Positions 59,929-64,000 of a stretch of 64,000 nt of DNA are shown here, in pieces (position 1 is the first letter of the stretch; every line of letters begins with the position of its first letter). The position numbers and the translations under genes were made by a program. This DNA comes from Gammaproteobacteria bacterium (lineage in GTDB: Bacteria; Pseudomonadota; Gammaproteobacteria; Pseudomonadales; Pseudohongiellaceae). The stretch lies in the NCBI GenBank assembly GCA_018401885.1, contig JAGYKB010000011.1, positions 4,575-68,574 of the forward strand, read 5' to 3'. The notes beneath the pieces were generated by a model that had not been told where the DNA came from, searched no databases, and saw nothing but the letters and a program-made list of their open reading frames with translations.

Positions 59929-61017
59929 ATGACACAGGTTTACAATTTTGGTGCCGGCCCCGCGATGCTGCCTGCAGAGGTGATGAAAAAAGCACAGGCT
60001 GAATTTCTCGATTATCAGGGCATGGGCGCTGGTGTCATTGAAATCAGTCATCGTTCGGCAGAGTTCGACGCCGTGCTTAACCGCTGCGATGAACTCCTCA
60101 AGGAGCTTGCCGGCATCCCCGATAATTATAAGATCCTCTATGTCCATGGCGGCGCTCAGATGCAGTTTAGCGCGGTGCCTTTGAACCTGCTTGGATTGAG
60201 CCCGACTAAATCGGCCAGCTATATCGAAACCGGGACTTGGGGCGTCAAGGCGCGCAAAGAAGCCGCTCGCTATGGCAACGCGACCACAGCTGCGAGCAGC
60301 GCCGACACCGGCTTTGACCGCATACCAGAATTCGATGTTGCTAGCTTGCCCAAAGATACCGCGTATCTGCATATTACTAGTAACAATACGCTCTACGGCA
60401 CACGCTGGCATAGCTTCCCGCAGACCGGCTCGATACCGCTTGTAGCCGATATGACCTCTGAGTTTTTGTCGCGAAAAATCGATATAAGCCAGTTCGGTAT
60501 TATTTTCGCCGGCTTGCAGAAGAACCTTGGGCCAGCGGGCCTCGCGCTTGTCATCGTACGCGAAGATCTTTTAGGTCATGCACTCGAAGAAACACCATCG
60601 CTGCTCGACTACAGTGTGTATGCCAGCAGCCACTCACTCGCGAACACAAACAACACGTTTGCCATCTACATGATGGGGCTCGTGCTTGAGTGGGTAAAAG
60701 AACAAGGTGGGGTTGCTAAACTCGAAGCTCAGAATGAGGCGAAAGCGAAGACGCTCTACGATGTTATCGATGCGAGCGATTTTTATCTTGGAGTCGCTGA
60801 CCCGGCGCATCGCTCAATCATGAACGTGACATTTAATCTCGCTAAACCCGAACTGCTCGATATGTTCGTCGAGCAAGCTCTGCAAGCAGGACTGTATGCG
60901 CTTAAAGGCCACAGAGACGTTGGTGGTGCGCGCGCATCAATCTATAACGCGATGCCAATGGCGGGGTGCGAAGCACTCGCCTCCTTCATGCGCAAATTCG
61001 AGAGCGAAAACGCCTAG
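59929..61017 (+). CDS. serC: 3-phosphoserine/phosphohydroxythreonine aminotransferase
   Basis: 362 aa. MTQVYNFGAGPAMLP...SHRS.EF...GLQKNLGPAG...RASIYNAMP. Confidence 0.95.
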   Translation: MTQVYNFGAGPAMLPAEVMKKAQAEFLDYQGMGAGVIEISHRSAEFDAVLNRCDELLKELAGIPDNYKILYVHGGAQMQFSAVPLNLLGLSPTKSASYIETGTWGVKARKEAARYGNATTAASSADTGFDRIPEFDVASLPKDTAYLHITSNNTLYGTRWHSFPQTGSIPLVADMTSEFLSRKIDISQFGIIFAGLQKNLGPAGLALVIVREDLLGHALEETPSLLDYSVYASSHSLANTNNTFAIYMMGLVLEWVKEQGGVAKLEAQNEAKAKTLYDVIDASDFYLGVADPAHRSIMNVTFNLAKPELLDMFVEQALQAGLYALKGHRDVGGARASIYNAMPMAGCEALASFMRKFESENA

Positions 61018-61028
61018 GCTGTGAACCG

Positions 61029-62195
61029 ATGGAGCGAAAGAGCGTTGCATTAAGCACGCAGAAACAGAAGCGGCAGCGAAAAATAATTCATTTCGACTGC
61101 GACTGTTTTTACGCCTCCATCGAAATGCGCGACAACCCTGCCCTGCGCGGCAAGCCCATAGCCGTCGGCGGCTCTCCGGAACGCCGCGGCGTGGTGGCAA
61201 CCTGCAATTACGAAGCGCGTGAATTCGGTATACATTCGGCAATGGCCTCAGCGACTGCTCGGCGTCTTTGTCCCGACCTAATCATCATTCGCACCGATAT
61301 GGAAAAGTATCGCCTTGCCTCTTCACGAATTCATGCGATCTTCCAGCGCTATACCGATCTCATAGAACCACTCTCGCTGGACGAAGCCTACTTAGACGTT
61401 AGCGACTGCGATGCGTTTAGGGGTAGCGCAATAAGAATCGCCGAAGCCATCCGCAACGAGGTACGAGAAACCGTAGGGATAACTATTTCAGCAGGAATCG
61501 CCCCTAACAAGTTTCTTGCAAAAATAGCTAGCGACTGGAATAAGCCAGATGGGCAGTTCGCAGTGCTACCAAACGAGGTAGAGGATTTCGTCGCCAAACT
61601 CGCTGTCAAAAAACTCCATGGCGTCGGTAAAGTTACGGCAGCCAAAATGCACAAACTGAATCTTAAAACTTGCAAGGATTTGCAAAATTTCGGCGCGGAT
61701 GCGTTAACCGAGCACTTCGGTAGTTTTGGCGAACGACTTTTCCAGCTGAGTAAGGGTATCGACAACCGACCGGTATCGACCGATCGTATCCGCAAGTCTG
61801 TTAGCGTCGAAAACACCTTCGATACCGATCTCCCCGATCTCGACAGCTGTCGTGAAGCGATGTTAAGGCTTCTACCCAAGCTACAAAAACGTCTAGACAG
61901 ATTGGATAGACAGTATTCAATTAAGAAACAGTTCGTGAAATTGAAATTTCATGACTTCGTCACTACAACCGTGGAAATGGTCTCTGAAAACACTGATATC
62001 AATAACTATCGCGCGTTATGTGAGCAAGGTTTCGCACGGGGAGAGCGGCCCGTACGTTTAATCGGCGTCGGCGTGCGCGTCGAACCTCTGGTGAGTAACA
62101 GTTTAAGTCCGTCGGGCAATCAATTGAGTCTACTGCCTGAGCTGGCTGAGATGCCGGAGCAAAGAAAACGGACAGAGCACGAGAGAAATTCATGA
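61029..62195 (+). CDS. dinB: DNA polymerase IV (Y-family translesion polymerase)
   Basis: RKIIHFDCDCFYASIEMRDNPALRGKPIAVGG...SLDEAYLDV...GIAPNKFLAKIASD. I prefer ATG 61029, 11 nt after the serC stop. Confidence 0.92.
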   Translation: MERKSVALSTQKQKRQRKIIHFDCDCFYASIEMRDNPALRGKPIAVGGSPERRGVVATCNYEAREFGIHSAMASATARRLCPDLIIIRTDMEKYRLASSRIHAIFQRYTDLIEPLSLDEAYLDVSDCDAFRGSAIRIAEAIRNEVRETVGITISAGIAPNKFLAKIASDWNKPDGQFAVLPNEVEDFVAKLAVKKLHGVGKVTAAKMHKLNLKTCKDLQNFGADALTEHFGSFGERLFQLSKGIDNRPVSTDRIRKSVSVENTFDTDLPDLDSCREAMLRLLPKLQKRLDRLDRQYSIKKQFVKLKFHDFVTTTVEMVSENTDINNYRALCEQGFARGERPVRLIGVGVRVEPLVSNSLSPSGNQLSLLPELAEMPEQRKRTEHERNS

Positions 62196-62707
62196 GTAGA
62201 TACCGCCCACCACAGAAGCCGAGCTCAAATTACATTACTGCAGAGGGGCGACAGCGCCTGAAAAACGAGGTGTACCAACTCTGGAAAGTGGAACGCCCTT
62301 TAGTCACGCAGGCTGTATCCGAGGCCGCTGCGCAGGGAGACCGCTCCGAGAATGCCGACTATATTTACGGTAAGCGACGCCTGAGAGAAATCGATAGTCG
62401 CGTGCGCTATTTAAGCAAGCGTTTAGAAAATTTTATTGTTGTCGACCGACCACCTGACGACCCTAGCCGCGTATTTTTTGCAGCTTTTGTTAGTGTCGAG
62501 TTCGAAGATAGCGCGGGTGAAGTGAAACAAGCGCGCTACCGCATCGTAGGCGCAGACGAGTTAGATCCGTCGCTTGGCTATATAAGCGTGGACTCCCCGC
62601 TCGCGCGAGCATTGATCGGCAAACGCGTCGATGATGAAATCAGTGTCTCCACCCCCACGGGCGTGATTGACTATGCCATCACCGACATTGAGTATGCAGA
62701 AAGCTAG
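62192..62707 (+). CDS. greB: Transcription elongation factor GreB
   Basis: 171 aa. ...ITAEGRQRLKNEVYQLWKVERP...GDRSENADYIYGKRRLREIDSRVRYLSKRLEN... closely parallels E. coli GreB. The ATG overlaps the dinB stop (ATGA). Confidence 0.9.
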   Translation: MSRYRPPQKPSSNYITAEGRQRLKNEVYQLWKVERPLVTQAVSEAAAQGDRSENADYIYGKRRLREIDSRVRYLSKRLENFIVVDRPPDDPSRVFFAAFVSVEFEDSAGEVKQARYRIVGADELDPSLGYISVDSPLARALIGKRVDDEISVSTPTGVIDYAITDIEYAES

Positions 62708-62779
62708 GCTTAGCTTTGTGAATCTCGCGTGATTTTCTGTGCTCGGATCTAGCAGCAACGGTCCTTTGGAGTTTCGACG

Positions 62780-63769
62780 ATGACAACGGTCACTCTACTT
62801 GCTCTGCCTGGCGCACTCGGCTCAACGCTGACAATTCCCTTGGAAATGCTCTCCGCTGCGCGCGACATCGCTCGCTCGCGACGCCACCCTGCCGCTAACT
62901 TGCGCATTGCAATCGCCAGCGACGGGCTCAGCTCTGTCGATCTGATGGGTGGCATGCGCCTGCAATGCGAAGCCAAGCTTCCCACCCTCTCCTCAACCTC
63001 TAAATCTGACATTGTCTTCGTGCCAGGTTTTTGGGGCAACCCTCGCGCGATGCTGGCCAAGAACGTGGGTGTAGTTTCGTGGTTAGCTGAACAGCGTCCG
63101 CCGATACTCTGTGCAATCACAACAGGCAGCTACTTCGTTGCCGAGGCAGGGTTGCTCGACGACTGCGATGCAACCACGCATTGGCGTTTTTTCGACGATT
63201 TCGAGGCGCGCTATCCCAACCTAAATTTGCAGCGCAATCGATTCATTACACGTTCGGCGAATCGTTACTGTACCGGCAGCGTCGACGCTGTGCGTGATGT
63301 CATGCTGCACCTAGTTGCTCATTTATTCGACAGGGATATAGCCACCGAGATAGCTCGCCATTTCACACATGAGATAGGCCCCTCCCTACAGTCAGCTCTC
63401 CTTGCAGCGTCACCTCAAGACAGTCATCACGACGAAACTGTTGCCTTGGTTCAGACGTGGATTCATGAGAATTACGATCAGCAAATCACTAACGAGATGA
63501 TCGCGAATCTTGCTGGCATGAGCATCAGAAATCTCGCAAGGCGATTCAGAAAAGCTACTCGTACAACGCCATCCGCTTATTTAAGAAATACCCGTTTAGA
63601 AGAGGCAAGAGCGCTTCTTCGAGACAGCGATGCCAGCATAATCGAGATTGGAGATCTCGTCGGCTACCGAGACACAAGTCACTTCATCGACGCATTTAAA
63701 AAGCACACAAAATCAACACCTGGCGAATACCGTCGACTTGTTCGCGCGAAAGTTTTCGCCGCTGACTAA
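62780..63769 (+). CDS. GlxA-type transcriptional regulator (DJ-1/PfpI-like N-domain + AraC HTH)
   Basis: 329 aa. The N-terminal domain is GATase1-like. The C-terminus has the AraC-type double HTH (...LAGMSIRNLARRFRKATRTTPSAYLRNTRLEEARALL...IGDLVGYRDTSHFIDAFKKHTKSTPGEYR). Confidence 0.83.
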   Translation: MTTVTLLALPGALGSTLTIPLEMLSAARDIARSRRHPAANLRIAIASDGLSSVDLMGGMRLQCEAKLPTLSSTSKSDIVFVPGFWGNPRAMLAKNVGVVSWLAEQRPPILCAITTGSYFVAEAGLLDDCDATTHWRFFDDFEARYPNLNLQRNRFITRSANRYCTGSVDAVRDVMLHLVAHLFDRDIATEIARHFTHEIGPSLQSALLAASPQDSHHDETVALVQTWIHENYDQQITNEMIANLAGMSIRNLARRFRKATRTTPSAYLRNTRLEEARALLRDSDASIIEIGDLVGYRDTSHFIDAFKKHTKSTPGEYRRLVRAKVFAAD

Positions 63770-63816
63770 CTGTTTAGTGAAAGTGTTCGACGATGCCCGC
63801 ACTGTCAGCGATGCGT

Positions 63817-64000
63817 CACTTACTCGAGCGCGCCTTTAATGCATCGAGCTGCTCGGCAGTCGCCTCAGGCTGATGATTTTCTTTCCACTGCGAGTATGGC
63901 ATGCCATAGATTGCTTCACGTGATTGCTCAACAGTCATGGACAGGCCTCTCTCTTCGGCGGCCGCGAGATACCATTTCGACAGGCAGTTTCGGCAGAAAT
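63817..64000 (-). CDS. DUF1244-like protein (C-terminal part; 5' end outside the window)
   Basis: Not in the ORF track because it is truncated. My own translation of the minus strand gives FCRNCLSKWYLAAAEERGLSMTVEQSREAIYGMPYSQWKENHQPEATAEQLDALKARSSK, then TGA at 63819..63817. It resembles DUF1244 proteins from memory. Confidence 0.55.

Noticed and set aside
60940-61028. Search for a LexA/SOS box upstream of dinB
   Set aside because: The only match is 'ctgtgaaccgatgg', which has no ACAG half-site at N8 spacing. This is reported as a negative result and used in the dinB finding.

Overview
This 64-kb window is from a Gammaproteobacterium. The exact taxon cannot be fixed from sequence alone. Gene order follows the conserved Pseudomonas/E. 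coli core blocks:
- ilvC >< ilvH-ilvI
- clpB-pgeF-rluD <> bamD
- miaB-ybeZ-ybeY-corC
- leuS-lptE-holA
- proA-nadD-rsfS-rlmH-mrdA-rodA-rlpA-dacA-ybeD-lipB-lipA
- serA-serC-dinB-greB

I call about 60 CDS. I recognised no rRNA, tRNA, CRISPR array, transposase, integrase or known defence system. Most of the window is ordinary housekeeping DNA.

The less ordinary parts are:
1. A type IV minor-pilin operon (fimT >< pilE-pilY1'-pilX-pilW-pilV-fimU') in which the PilY1 homologue is a 364-aa mini-protein without the C-terminal propeller. The fimU-like gene appears frameshifted, truncated and read through into pilV.
2. A glycine-zipper / PepSY / phoP / phoQ-like string preceded by a PhoP-box-like direct repeat.
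3. About 11.5 kb between holA and lipA carrying secreted M3 and M1 peptidases, an NSS transporter, a cyclophilin with a C-terminal extension, a YegD-like Hsp70, a DUF6702 partner gene, a fatty-acid hydroxylase and an unknown membrane protein tightly coupled to lipA.
4. dinB packed 11 nt behind serC and overlapping greB by 4 nt, with no LexA box that I can see.

I found no convincing new multi-gene system. All homology statements are by-eye motif recognition and need database confirmation.
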